Part shown: positions 8,659 to 19,110 of the stretch, piece by piece
Position numbering within the stretch: position 1 is the first letter of the stretch
Layout of the letters: each line of letters begins with the position of its first letter
Origin: a virus
Taxonomy: Duplodnaviria; Caudoviricetes
Strand: one strand, 5' to 3'
DNA: 36,065 nt
IMG/VR virus record: IMGVR_UViG_3300022074_006436
Span: 1 to 36,065 of that record
Notes under the pieces: generated by a model
What the model was told of the DNA's origin: nothing
Database searches by the model: none
The model's input: only the letters and a program-made list of their open reading frames with translations
Made by a program: the position numbers and the translations under genes

Positions 8659-11088
8659 TCATTGCTCCTTTGATTCTAGTCCTTCAAGTCTTTCGTTCAA
8701 ATTATTTATCTTGGCGTCTAAATCAGACATAATAAGTTGTTGTTTTTTGCATGTTTCAACTAATAATGCAATTATTCCATTGTAATTAACTACTTTATGT
8801 CCATTACTTTCCTTAACAATTTCAGGCATCACTTTTTCAATTTGCTGTGCGATTAAACCAGCAGACTTTTCTCTAGTATCTTTCCAATTAAAAGTAACAC
8901 CATTAAGATCGTTAATTTTGGTAAATGGGTTTGTTATTGGTTCAATATTTTCCTTCAAATAGAGATCTGAAGTTGTATTAAAATCGGTTGAGGTAGTAAT
9001 ACCAGTAACAACTAAAGCATTTGAATGTAGAACATTCGCTGTAGTAACACCAGTTACATTTATTGAAGATGCTGTAGCGATTCCAGTAACATTTAAACTA
9101 GTTACATTGCCAAGTTGTGAGTCACTAGGAACAGTTAATTGATTTACTGTTAGTTTTCCTGTTGATGGAATAAAACCAAAGTAATTTGAGGTTGTTGTAA
9201 TTGATGCTAATGTAGTGCCAACTCCAGCAACAATAATTGGATACTGTGTTTGTGAACTGGTGTTATTAGCAACATTTGGTAATGGACCCGCAGGACCTGG
9301 TGCTCCAGATGGACCAGTGTTACCGATACCAACTCTATATTCTACAATGTCTATAATATCACCTATAGTTGCAGGTGATGCCAGGAATATTGAACTACCA
9401 TTATTTGCGGTATATTCAGAATCGTTTAAACGAATACCATTTAAATATACTTCAATATAACCGACAGTATATGAAACTACAAACTGCGATTGATTAAGAG
9501 TAGCAACAAATGTATAAGTTGCTTTTCCTGGTTCTGTTTTTAAATCATCGTCTAACTTTGTATTGAATGGTGCAGCATCGACCCATTGCGCATCAGTTCC
9601 ACCAATACCAATTATAGATTCATCATAGAAGATGAATGTTCTTGCGTAAACGGGACTATACCACAAATCTCCGTGAGATGGTGATCCTGGTGCCACAGTA
9701 CTGATGCTGATGGAACCTCCTCCACCTCCTCCACCACCTTCAATAAAGACAGTAGCAATACCTACAGTTGGATCATAGAAGGTGGTAGAAAGACCAGTTC
9801 CTCTCAAATCTAAGTATGTTACACCAAATCCAACTAATGATCCATTTTTATTCAGACCAAAACCACGAATTACATTTTCGAGATACTGACCATCACCATA
9901 GTAAACTGCATTGGAACCAGTAACAATTCCAACGGTAGTAATCCCAGAAACTGATAAAGATGTGGCATTGACTGGTCCTATGTTATATCTTTCAGTGCCA
10001 AGTCCAACTGTTCCATTTACTTCTTTGTTTACTAATTCAATCCAATTAGCAGCATGGGCATATAATGCTTTTCCAGTACTATGAACATGAGCAAAAGCAC
10101 CATGATATGTAATTGCTGAGGGTAAATCAGAATAATCTGAATATAAGAAAGGAATTACGTTACTTACAGCAGCACCAACTATTCTTCCATTGGCGTCTAC
10201 TTCACCTGTAAAAGTAGTAATACCAGAAACTCTTAATGTATCAGTTTCAGTATGACCCGTTACATCAATACCATTAGACTTGGTAGTGAGTTTGTCAGAA
10301 CCATAGTGAGAAAGTGTAACCTCACCAGTGCTACCATCGGCACGGAAGTATTGAGTGGTTCCTCCTGAACCATCATCGGTTGTGATAACAACATCCTGAT
10401 CATCACTATTGTTAGTGATAAAAAGGTTTCCAGTTCCTGAATGTTGGACAAGACTACTGCTTCCGTTGTGAAAAATCTGTAAGTCTTGACTATCACCAAA
10501 TCTTAATTGGTCATTATCACCAAGATCAACATTACTTTGGAATGTAGAAACACCAGTAACATTTAAAGATGAAAGAGTAGCAGTTCCATCATTGATATGA
10601 ATTGTTGATGCCGTGCCAACTCCCGTCAGCATCAAATTGTTTAATGTTGTAATTCCAGTGACATTCAGTCTGGAAAGTGTTACAATACCTGCATTTGCAT
10701 GTATTGTCCCAAAACTTGAAATACCACTAACAACTAGGTTTGGGGTGGTTACTTTTCCAGTGACTTCCGCATTACCATCAACATATAGTGCTGTTGATCC
10801 TGCACCTGCAATATCAACTAAGTAAGCAGGATTAGCACTTCCAATACCAATATAACTTCCACCAATAGCAGTTAGGGTAAGACCTCCTGGTCCAATATTA
10901 AATTCTCCTAATACTGTAGATATACCAGAAATTTGTATATCAGTTGCAGCAATACCACCTCGAACATCTAATTCTGCTCTCGGTGAAGTAGAACCAATAC
11001 CGACTTTTTGAGTATCTGAATTAGCAAGTAACAGACCAGAATCAACTTCTAGTCCATTTTTTACTACAAAATTCTTATTGACGCCCAT
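8659..11088 (-). CDS. Tail fibre protein with C-terminal Peptidase_S74-type chaperone
   Basis: 809 aa; KNFVVKNGL start, VGIGSTSP repeats, DNDQLRFGDSQDLQIFH, many LNVTGITT repeats and TSDLYLKENI...GLIAQQIE. Confidence 0.85.
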   Translation of the reverse strand: MGVNKNFVVKNGLEVDSGLLLANSDTQKVGIGSTSPRAELDVRGGIAATDIQISGISTVLGEFNIGPGGLTLTAIGGSYIGIGSANPAYLVDIAGAGSTALYVDGNAEVTGKVTTPNLVVSGISSFGTIHANAGIVTLSRLNVTGITTLNNLMLTGVGTASTIHINDGTATLSSLNVTGVSTFQSNVDLGDNDQLRFGDSQDLQIFHNGSSSLVQHSGTGNLFITNNSDDQDVVITTDDGSGGTTQYFRADGSTGEVTLSHYGSDKLTTKSNGIDVTGHTETDTLRVSGITTFTGEVDANGRIVGAAVSNVIPFLYSDYSDLPSAITYHGAFAHVHSTGKALYAHAANWIELVNKEVNGTVGLGTERYNIGPVNATSLSVSGITTVGIVTGSNAVYYGDGQYLENVIRGFGLNKNGSLVGFGVTYLDLRGTGLSTTFYDPTVGIATVFIEGGGGGGGGSISISTVAPGSPSHGDLWYSPVYARTFIFYDESIIGIGGTDAQWVDAAPFNTKLDDDLKTEPGKATYTFVATLNQSQFVVSYTVGYIEVYLNGIRLNDSEYTANNGSSIFLASPATIGDIIDIVEYRVGIGNTGPSGAPGPAGPLPNVANNTSSQTQYPIIVAGVGTTLASITTTSNYFGFIPSTGKLTVNQLTVPSDSQLGNVTSLNVTGIATASSINVTGVTTANVLHSNALVVTGITTSTDFNTTSDLYLKENIEPITNPFTKINDLNGVTFNWKDTREKSAGLIAQQIEKVMPEIVKESNGHKVVNYNGIIALLVETCKKQQLIMSDLDAKINNLNERLEGLESKEQ

Positions 11089-11130
11089 TAGATCTCCTGA
11101 GGTTCACTATCCCCTCTTTATATTTTTAAG

Positions 11131-11137
11131 TATTTAT
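11131..11137 (-). promoter_or_regulatory. Late promoter ATAAATA
   Basis: Intergenic, upstream of ATG 11088 and SD AGGAG. Confidence 0.7.
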
Positions 11138-11146
11138 CAACTTAAC

Positions 11147-13159
11147 TTAAGCCACCTTAGCGGTCATTGTAAGGTTGAAACTTCTGACAAATGTTGCCTG
11201 TCTTTGTCCGGCAGTTTGACTACTATCCATGTCAAAAGCAACTTCATATGTATTTGCTGAAATTTTCTTAGGATAACCTGCCGAAACTGCTATAGAATTA
11301 TTAGGATCAGAAAGTCCACTTGCTCTAAGTGAATTATCAATAACACTTGCAGATAACTCAGGATCAACATAACCAGATATGTTAACTGTATATAAAATAG
11401 ATCCTATAGGATGACCCTCAGTTCCAGATAAACCAGGACTAATATATCTGGTTATGGTGAATGGGGAGGATGCATTTAATGTTCCTTGAGTATCGGTAAT
11501 ATTCTGAGTTACAGTTTCTGTACTGAGTGCAGTTATTTTTACATAACCAACAACACTAGTATTACCACCTCTAGTTGCATTTACAAAAGTTCCTTCTCCA
11601 TTCCAATATCCAGATCCACCTCCACCTCCTCCGTTAGAAGTTGATGCATTACCACCTCTTGCTCCTGCACCACCACCACCATATGATCCTCTGCCACCAT
11701 TATTTCTATATGCTGTACCTTCTTTAAATCCTCTAATAATAGTGTTTGTTGTCCCACTAACCACAACACCAATAGCATTAATTAAATATCCAAACCCCAT
11801 GAAACTACATGGAGAAACACCTTGTTGCGCCCAATATTTACCTAAAGTACAAGATTCTAATTGACCACCAGATGTTCCATTTGCAAAACTTCCTCCAGTG
11901 CTGGGCATTGTGCCATTGCTAACAGATGATCCAGCAGATCCAGCACCACTTCCAGTTCCAGATTGTCCTGCTTGTCCTGCACCACCACCATCTCCACCAT
12001 TTCCACCACTACTAGCGCCACCACCACCGCCACCAACGGCAATAACAATTCCTCCATGGTGGAAAAATGTTGCGCCACCACCATTAGGAGTTCCACCTTT
12101 TGGTCCTAGTCCATATCCATCAGCATGTCCAATTTTTAAAACATATTCTCTATTTTGTTGCAATGTATATCTTATAGTTGTAACTCCACCATGACCACCT
12201 CTTCTTGATCCACTATCATCTCCGGCAGCACCAGCAACTTCAATTTCAACCTCAACATCCCTTTCAGGTACATATAAAATAGTGGAATTTGAACCAAGAT
12301 TTTTGTCTGAATAAAATGTGTAAGTATCGTTAGGTTGATCTGCTAAATTAAAACTACTAAATGTACGCTGACCAGAACCAAAAAATTCATAATTTACCAT
12401 TGCTCTTGCAAGAACAACAGTAAATGTTGCACTATTAGAAAATATTGGACTGTTTGATGCCGTTGGATGAGTAAACTTTGCTCTTATATCATTAGTCGAA
12501 GCAGATGATAATGCTATTGTTAGCGTATTTGATGTAGAACCTGCTACAGTGGAACTATCAGTTAAGTCAACACCATTTAGTTGCCACTGAACGCCGACCT
12601 CACTTCCATCACTTGCTGTTGCACTTGCAGTAAACGTAGCAGATAAACCTTCAGCAACCTCTTGATTTGATGGGTGAGAGGTAACTGATATTGTGGGATT
12701 TACAGTTAAAGTGGCAAGATTAGATGCATGAGGATCATTAATAGCGTTACCAGTTGATCTTGCTGTCCCCACAGTTACAGGAGAAATATGTGGATCTCCA
12801 TATGCAGTTGATTGATAATCTGCCTTTAGATAAAAACTAAGACCATTGGATGTGGGATTAGTAACATTACTAACATTTAATGTGGGCGATGAACTTCCTA
12901 CAAACGTAGCACCTAAAGAGGATATTAATCCATCAGATAACTGACCATCTGAAGGAGCACCATCTCCTTGGACATACCATTGGTAAATGATCGTTCCGGT
13001 ATTAGTTGCTGGATTTGTTGGATCCTGTGTTGGAAATGAAGCAACAGCATTACCTGTAAATATTACACTATCGCCACTATTGACGGTTTGGGATTGGGGT
13101 TGAACTGTAAAAGAAAGTACTGGACCATTAAGATCCAGAGTAGTCTGCTTAATAATCAT
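11147..13159 (-). CDS. Virion protein with two Ig (I-set-like) domains and a glycine-rich domain
   Basis: FTVQPQSQTVNSGDSVIFT..YQWY and VTSHPSNQEVAEGLSATFT..VQWQLNG are Ig signatures, followed by a Gly-rich region (AVGGGGGGA). Confidence 0.75.
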   Translation of the reverse strand: MIIKQTTLDLNGPVLSFTVQPQSQTVNSGDSVIFTGNAVASFPTQDPTNPATNTGTIIYQWYVQGDGAPSDGQLSDGLISSLGATFVGSSSPTLNVSNVTNPTSNGLSFYLKADYQSTAYGDPHISPVTVGTARSTGNAINDPHASNLATLTVNPTISVTSHPSNQEVAEGLSATFTASATASDGSEVGVQWQLNGVDLTDSSTVAGSTSNTLTIALSSASTNDIRAKFTHPTASNSPIFSNSATFTVVLARAMVNYEFFGSGQRTFSSFNLADQPNDTYTFYSDKNLGSNSTILYVPERDVEVEIEVAGAAGDDSGSRRGGHGGVTTIRYTLQQNREYVLKIGHADGYGLGPKGGTPNGGGATFFHHGGIVIAVGGGGGGASSGGNGGDGGGAGQAGQSGTGSGAGSAGSSVSNGTMPSTGGSFANGTSGGQLESCTLGKYWAQQGVSPCSFMGFGYLINAIGVVVSGTTNTIIRGFKEGTAYRNNGGRGSYGGGGAGARGGNASTSNGGGGGGSGYWNGEGTFVNATRGGNTSVVGYVKITALSTETVTQNITDTQGTLNASSPFTITRYISPGLSGTEGHPIGSILYTVNISGYVDPELSASVIDNSLRASGLSDPNNSIAVSAGYPKKISANTYEVAFDMDSSQTAGQRQATFVRSFNLTMTAKVA

Positions 13160-13167
13160 CTCTAGTC

Positions 13168-16100
13168 TTAGTTAAAGTTTTGACCAACAACGACTGCATA
13201 GAAAGTAGAACCACCGTCAAATGTTTTGTATGTATAGATGTCAGATCTATTAGCAGTAGATGTTACAAAAGGAAGAACACCTCCACCAGGCCAATTAACC
13301 GGAATTAATGCTCCACCACTTTGTCTTAAGTCATCAATAGTAGCAGTTCTACCTCCAGTTCCATCTTGAGATATCTTAATGGTAAAACTACTTGCGTCTG
13401 ATGGTGCGTTGGTGATAACAAAATACGATACATTTTCTGTCAATGTTAAAGTGAAGTTTTGTGCTTCAGACAAATCTAAAGTAACAACATTTGAAGAACT
13501 GGTGACGGATTGTACATTCTCATGATGTGTTTTCAGTCTTGTTAATCCTTCTACATCAAATTTAGATCTTGGAATAGCTATACCAACACCAACCCTTCCT
13601 GTAGATGCAGAAGCATCAAGAACACTTCCATCAGTTCCAACATGAAGAAGATTGGTGGTAGTTATTCCTGATCTAATAAATCCAGTTGCAGTTCCACCAG
13701 CAAATCCATCTAAGTGATAATTAGAAGCAGTTAATATACCGGCAATATGAACTTCTTCTTCAAAATGTGCTACTTTCTGGAATCTAGATTGATTTGCTGC
13801 ATGTATTGAAGTTGTTGCAGTTCCTGCAACTTGAAGTTGTGCAGTGATATTTTCAGATGATCCAATAGCAACACGATGATTAACATCATCCTTATCAAAG
13901 ACAAATGTATTTGTAGAATCCTCTTCCCAAATACTATCAAGGTTTGATAATTGCGAACCATCGCCGGAGAATGCTCCGAAGACAGTTCCATTTACATACA
14001 TCTTATATCCTTGAGTGGATGTTGTTCCAAGACCAACTTGTCCAGATCCATTTACAAAGAATTCTGAAGATCCACCACCAACTCTTAAAGTATTTTCATT
14101 TAAGATGTCAGTTCCAATACCAACTTTATCTACAAGACTGATATCTATGTCTTTAGAAAGACTTACATCACCAAAACGATACCAATCATTATCATTAGTA
14201 TAGACCCATCCAAGATATCCGCCTTTGTCTGGTGTTGCATTATATACAATGTCGCCGGGGTTTCCTGAAAGAATCGGTGTCGCAATTCCTACAGTATACT
14301 TTCTAGATACAGTTGCATCTCCTTGTAAGAATAAAGAGGTTGCCTCAATTCCACTGTCCGCCGTAGATGTAAGTTTTTTGTTAAAGATAACTGGTCCATC
14401 AAATTCAGAAATGATGTTGTTATCAGAACCACCCTCAACTCTTAGCGAACGACTGATTGAAACTTCAAGTGGCGAAAGAACATCAAATCCAACACTTACT
14501 CCACTTGAAGTTTCAATATCCTCACCAGTTACTGTAGGAATAGGTGCATCAAAGACTTCTTCTTGACCTGTAGCAGAACTTACCTTCTTATTACCAATAT
14601 AGAAATCTCCATCACTATTCATACCAGTGTAAACAACTACACCAGCATCATTCTTGACTGATTGTGACAAGAATTCCTCAGAAGTTGACAGTTGTCTATC
14701 TTGTCTGTCAGGAAGAGCAGTTGAATAGTTACCAGGACCATAACCAAGATATTCAAAGGTGTGACCAGATGCACGGAGAATTGAATTTCTTCTAAACTCA
14801 ACTGGTTGTGGTTTAATTCTTCTAACCACAGAGTTAATAGGATGTGCAGTTGCTCTTGTACCAAGAACTCCCCTGAATACTGAAATTGGATTAGTAACTA
14901 CGGTTTCTTTGACCCTTACAATTTCTCCGCCAATTTCAAGATAATCACCAATCCTTACATCAATACTTGATACATTTTGAAGTTGAATGTCGGAGGTAGT
15001 TGCACTTGAAATTACTGCAGATAACGTAGTTGTAATACCTGCATATGATGTAATTTGACGACCTGCAAGATTTTCATCGTCAAGTGTAACATTACCTTCA
15101 TTTGAAGTATAACCATTTCTATAAACGAATGTGGAATCTAAAGGAGTTGGGACATTTGTACTGACTCCAATATTAACAATAAATTTATTCAATCCAGTAA
15201 CTTGTTCAACAATAAAGTTACCATTATAAAGATCTATAACTCCATTATCTACACGAATTTTATTATCAACTGCAAGACCATGATTTTGTGCAGTAGTTAC
15301 TGTAGCAAGACCAGAAACATTATCATATACCAAACTGACAATATTCAGTGCTTCACCAGTGCCATATGCAAACGCATCAGTTGTAACATCAACATTAATG
15401 CCCATAGTGCGGGCAATTCCTACTGGATCTGCAGATTCTGCAATAAATTCAGTAGTAAGTCCGACAGGAACAGAAGTAATTCTATAAAGTTGATTGTAAT
15501 CACTTACCGATGCTGAAGAAATTCCAGAAATCTTAATAACATCATTGGTATTATCATAAATGTCAGTAACTGTTACATAACCTGGAACATGACCAGATGT
15601 TACTGCAACACCAACAACAGAAAGACTGTTACCGATTCCATAAGCAGAACCGCCATCCATAATCTCAACGCCAGTAATTCCTCCAAGAGCATCTATAGAA
15701 ATTCTTGCAGTTGCATGTTCTCCAGTTACCGATCCAGCAGTTCCAACAAGTTTTGCATTGTAAATAGATCCTGCAGTTCCATTTCCATATCCAACACCAC
15801 TATTTCCAATACTAACAGAAGTAATTCTATTCAATCCATGATCATATGAAGTACGAACAGTGTGTGCTGTTCCTGTTGGATTAGAAATAATATCAGTGAT
15901 GCCAAATCCAACGCCAACATCAACTAATTTTTTCTCGAAAGTTTCTCTAGTAATGCTATGCTCTGGACTATCAATATTAACTTCACCAATAATGGTAGAA
16001 TTAGCATAAGAAATTGATTTTCCTGGATCTGACGCTGCATTATCTCTATTTGACTGTGGATACAGATTTTTTACTGGTTGAGAGAAATTCTCACCAGTAA

Positions 16101-19002
16101 ATGGAGCAACAGTCGGTGCATTTGATGCGTTAAGAACAATTAAATGATAGACACCATCTTGTTCTCCTGCAACATATCTTTGAATTTCTTGAGATCTATA
16201 GATGTAATAAGTATTTTTATAATTCTTACGCTCAAATTTAGGAAGTGCAGTAGTTCTATTTGTGGTGTCATTCGTAAATGTTCCTGGATCATCTACAAGA
16301 TCAACAGAGAAGGATTTTGTACTACTAATTCCAGAGATGGTAAAGGTATTATTATATGCAGAACTAGAAATACCTGAAGTATTTGTGGAACTGGTTACAC
16401 CTTTAATCTCAATGACAGATCCAACAGATAAGTTGTGTGGCAATTCCGTCTCATAATATGCTTTACTTCCATCCCAATTTGCCCCAGCAATAAATCTAAA
16501 GTTTCTCTGCTCATTAACATTATTCAGAGAAATTGTTGTTGGACTAAAATACGATTGAACCTCTAAATCAGTTAATCCAGTAGTGTCACTAGATTCTTGA
16601 ATAACAAATCCATCCACTGGTGGTCTTGCAGATGTGATTCCAGATCCTGCAGGAATCACATATCTCATCTTATAAATGGAGTCTGCAAGGTTTCTTGTAT
16701 CTGGTTGTCTTGTAATATATGTTCTTGGAGTAGCAGAACCAAGAACAGTTGAACCTAAAGATACGATTTCATTATAAAGACTGTTGTCACTAGACGCAGT
16801 AGCTACGTTAACATACCATTGACCTTGATTTCCATCATATTGAATTGGGTGTCCAATATCTCCAGAATTTTTATCAGAAACTCTAGATTCTACAGAAAGT
16901 CTTCCACCTCTATTATTGATTGGTAACTGTTGACCATTTAAAGCATCATTTAATGTTTTTGCAACTTTAATTTGGAATGTGCTAATTCCAGATGTAATTG
17001 CATAATAGATCTTATTATCTTCAAGACCATCTGGAAGGAATCCGTTGTCACTTATAACGCGAATAGATTCACCTTCAATCAAACTATGTGGTTGATTTAA
17101 TGTAATAATATTGGAACCAATACTATTAGCAACACCAACTCTACCAACACTAAATGTTTTCTTAGAAGTTGATTCATTTCCACTAAATTCAGTGTCTGGA
17201 AGAATAATCCTTGCAGAATACTCTTCTGATGAAATAAGACACTTTAACTGGTCATTTTCCTTTGCACCAATACGATATCCCTCTATAACATTAGATGGTT
17301 TAACGTCTTGGTTGGTTCTATTATAAAGATATAGTCTATTTGTTGACGCAACACCAACAGTTGTATCTACATCAACAGAATCAAATTCAATATTTACATT
17401 TGTATCAGTAATTTCTTTAGGGGGAATGATATGAGTGATATATCCAACATCATCTCTTGAAAAAGCATCTCTTCTGAATCCCTTAGCAATCAGTGCTTGA
17501 GCACCAAAGTTTGAGTTGGAGTTTGTAATTGATTGGTCTCCACCACTTTCAGCAAGAAAATGGTTCGCATAACCAATAGCAAATACAGAAACAACCTGCA
17601 GAATAGCGTTATTACTGCACTTTACATGATAGTTTTGATATTCTGGTTTATATCTAGATCTTGAATCACTGTGTAGATTTTCATTGCCAGCAAAGGTGTT
17701 ATCACGATAAAGACCACTGGTTTTATCATACTTTACAAATGCATTATCATCTTTTTGTAAACCAATACCAGTGAATTGTGCAAGAACCATGGATTTAAAT
17801 CCATCAGCCTTATCTCCATCTGCATGAAGACCACACATACCAAATACAGATCTCAGTGAGATATTGAAGATATAAGGTGATGCAGAAGTAACCGTATCTA
17901 CACTTAAATTTACAGTAGCACCAGTTGGTACAGGACTTGGATTAGTAGGAGCAACAGAAACTTGATATTTAAATTCTGTTGGACTTATGATATCACTAAT
18001 AACATACTTACCATCGTATCCATTAGCACTAATTCCATTGACTTGGATAGCAGTATCCACAGAGATGCCGTCAAATGGTTCTGATGTGGTAACTGTGATT
18101 ATGGGAGATGAAGTAAGACCATCACCCGCCTTGATACTGGTAATTCCAACATCTCCACCGGTAGGTCCAACAATACGGAATTCTTCAATTTTTGGTTGAA
18201 TGTCTAAACCTGCTGCAGGATAATCTGGTTCAATTTCTCTACCAGAAGAAGGACCGTAAACAAGTCCAACCTTCTCATAATACATATCCAGATCAGTTCT
18301 GGTTGTGCTATATGTAATGATTCCATCATCAATGTCTATGGGATTTTTTCCATCAGCATATTCAAAGCAAGTTAATTTGTGGTGCGAAAAATTAGGAACA
18401 AAAGTGTTTTGTGTATAATCTTTATAAACTACACCATTTGGATCTCCGTCAAATATGGAGAACTGGAAGTAATAACAAGCACCAGTTGTACGGAATAATG
18501 CGCTTCTTTCAATATTGTCGTTTTCTGGATTTGGAATATACTTTGGGCGAATCTTAGTCTTTCTAAGATCCATTCCAACAATAGAAGTACCTCTAGGGAT
18601 GATAACACCACCATGAATACTATTGAGTTTATAAAGAACGTTATTTTCAGTGCTTAAATCAAAGTTGGTTGTTAAATCAAACTGAGGAAGATCATTTGAT
18701 GTTGCTCCATTCCTAAGTCTATAATTATTTGAACCATCTGGTATCCATCCTGGTCTATTATCTACTACGTGTTCACCAGGATATAGAATAATAGTTGTGT
18801 TTCCAAACCTATCGTTATCCAGACCTCTTTGGTAGGAAAATCTTGCTGCTTCTACCAGAGCACGTTGAATAGTTTTAAATGGGCGAGTTAATGAATTACC
18901 CTGATTTTCTACACTATCTGTGGAATCTAAATCATTCGGATTGACATAGAGTATATTGCCACGGGTATTCTTTAGAAAATTATCTAAACGACTGAGAGGC
19001 AT
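13168..19002 (-). CDS. Large virion structural protein (baseplate-proximal fibre/tailspike-like), 1944 aa
   Basis: N-terminal MPLSRLDNFLKN..GNSLTRPFKTIQRAL (motif typically preceding a beta-helix). Repeated T-x-x-x-H-[GSN]-L-x-x-G modules. C-terminal LDLSEAQNF..QDGTGGRT..WPGG domain. Confidence 0.8.
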   Translation of the reverse strand: MPLSRLDNFLKNTRGNILYVNPNDLDSTDSVENQGNSLTRPFKTIQRALVEAARFSYQRGLDNDRFGNTTIILYPGEHVVDNRPGWIPDGSNNYRLRNGATSNDLPQFDLTTNFDLSTENNVLYKLNSIHGGVIIPRGTSIVGMDLRKTKIRPKYIPNPENDNIERSALFRTTGACYYFQFSIFDGDPNGVVYKDYTQNTFVPNFSHHKLTCFEYADGKNPIDIDDGIITYSTTRTDLDMYYEKVGLVYGPSSGREIEPDYPAAGLDIQPKIEEFRIVGPTGGDVGITSIKAGDGLTSSPIITVTTSEPFDGISVDTAIQVNGISANGYDGKYVISDIISPTEFKYQVSVAPTNPSPVPTGATVNLSVDTVTSASPYIFNISLRSVFGMCGLHADGDKADGFKSMVLAQFTGIGLQKDDNAFVKYDKTSGLYRDNTFAGNENLHSDSRSRYKPEYQNYHVKCSNNAILQVVSVFAIGYANHFLAESGGDQSITNSNSNFGAQALIAKGFRRDAFSRDDVGYITHIIPPKEITDTNVNIEFDSVDVDTTVGVASTNRLYLYNRTNQDVKPSNVIEGYRIGAKENDQLKCLISSEEYSARIILPDTEFSGNESTSKKTFSVGRVGVANSIGSNIITLNQPHSLIEGESIRVISDNGFLPDGLEDNKIYYAITSGISTFQIKVAKTLNDALNGQQLPINNRGGRLSVESRVSDKNSGDIGHPIQYDGNQGQWYVNVATASSDNSLYNEIVSLGSTVLGSATPRTYITRQPDTRNLADSIYKMRYVIPAGSGITSARPPVDGFVIQESSDTTGLTDLEVQSYFSPTTISLNNVNEQRNFRFIAGANWDGSKAYYETELPHNLSVGSVIEIKGVTSSTNTSGISSSAYNNTFTISGISSTKSFSVDLVDDPGTFTNDTTNRTTALPKFERKNYKNTYYIYRSQEIQRYVAGEQDGVYHLIVLNASNAPTVAPFTGENFSQPVKNLYPQSNRDNAASDPGKSISYANSTIIGEVNIDSPEHSITRETFEKKLVDVGVGFGITDIISNPTGTAHTVRTSYDHGLNRITSVSIGNSGVGYGNGTAGSIYNAKLVGTAGSVTGEHATARISIDALGGITGVEIMDGGSAYGIGNSLSVVGVAVTSGHVPGYVTVTDIYDNTNDVIKISGISSASVSDYNQLYRITSVPVGLTTEFIAESADPVGIARTMGINVDVTTDAFAYGTGEALNIVSLVYDNVSGLATVTTAQNHGLAVDNKIRVDNGVIDLYNGNFIVEQVTGLNKFIVNIGVSTNVPTPLDSTFVYRNGYTSNEGNVTLDDENLAGRQITSYAGITTTLSAVISSATTSDIQLQNVSSIDVRIGDYLEIGGEIVRVKETVVTNPISVFRGVLGTRATAHPINSVVRRIKPQPVEFRRNSILRASGHTFEYLGYGPGNYSTALPDRQDRQLSTSEEFLSQSVKNDAGVVVYTGMNSDGDFYIGNKKVSSATGQEEVFDAPIPTVTGEDIETSSGVSVGFDVLSPLEVSISRSLRVEGGSDNNIISEFDGPVIFNKKLTSTADSGIEATSLFLQGDATVSRKYTVGIATPILSGNPGDIVYNATPDKGGYLGWVYTNDNDWYRFGDVSLSKDIDISLVDKVGIGTDILNENTLRVGGGSSEFFVNGSGQVGLGTTSTQGYKMYVNGTVFGAFSGDGSQLSNLDSIWEEDSTNTFVFDKDDVNHRVAIGSSENITAQLQVAGTATTSIHAANQSRFQKVAHFEEEVHIAGILTASNYHLDGFAGGTATGFIRSGITTTNLLHVGTDGSVLDASASTGRVGVGIAIPRSKFDVEGLTRLKTHHENVQSVTSSSNVVTLDLSEAQNFTLTLTENVSYFVITNAPSDASSFTIKISQDGTGGRTATIDDLRQSGGALIPVNWPGGGVLPFVTSTANRSDIYTYKTFDGGSTFYAVVVGQNFN

Positions 19003-19032
19003 CTTATTAGCACGATAAGTTCTGTTATAGAT

Positions 19033-19039
19033 TATTTAT
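19033..19039 (-). promoter_or_regulatory. Late promoter ATAAATA for the fibre operon
   Basis: Lies just downstream of the terminator, 30 nt upstream of ATG 19002. Confidence 0.7.
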
Positions 19040-19042
19040 CAC

Positions 19043-19071
19043 AAGAAAAAAGCACCCAGATGTCTGGGTGC
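19043..19071 (-). terminator. Rho-independent terminator
   Basis: GCACCCAG-ACAT-CTGGGTGC hairpin followed by TTTTTTCTT on the minus strand. Confidence 0.9.
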
Positions 19072-19105
19072 CTATATGCACAGAATGCAAATCCTTCACA
19101 CGGAA
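19043..19105 (-). ncRNA. Candidate ~63-nt small RNA
   Basis: Bounded by an extended -10 promoter (19111-19119) and the terminator, with no credible ORF between them. Existence is inferred. Confidence 0.45.
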
Positions 19106-19110
19106 GTTAT

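Noticed and set aside
9280-9325. Collagen-like domain in the 809-aa fibre
   Set aside because: Only about five Gly-X-Y triplets (GNTGPSGAPGPAGP), too short to call a domain.
1-19002. Diversity-generating retroelement or invertase-based fibre switching
   Set aside because: No reverse transcriptase, recombinase, template/variable repeat pair or flanking inverted repeats seen in the window.
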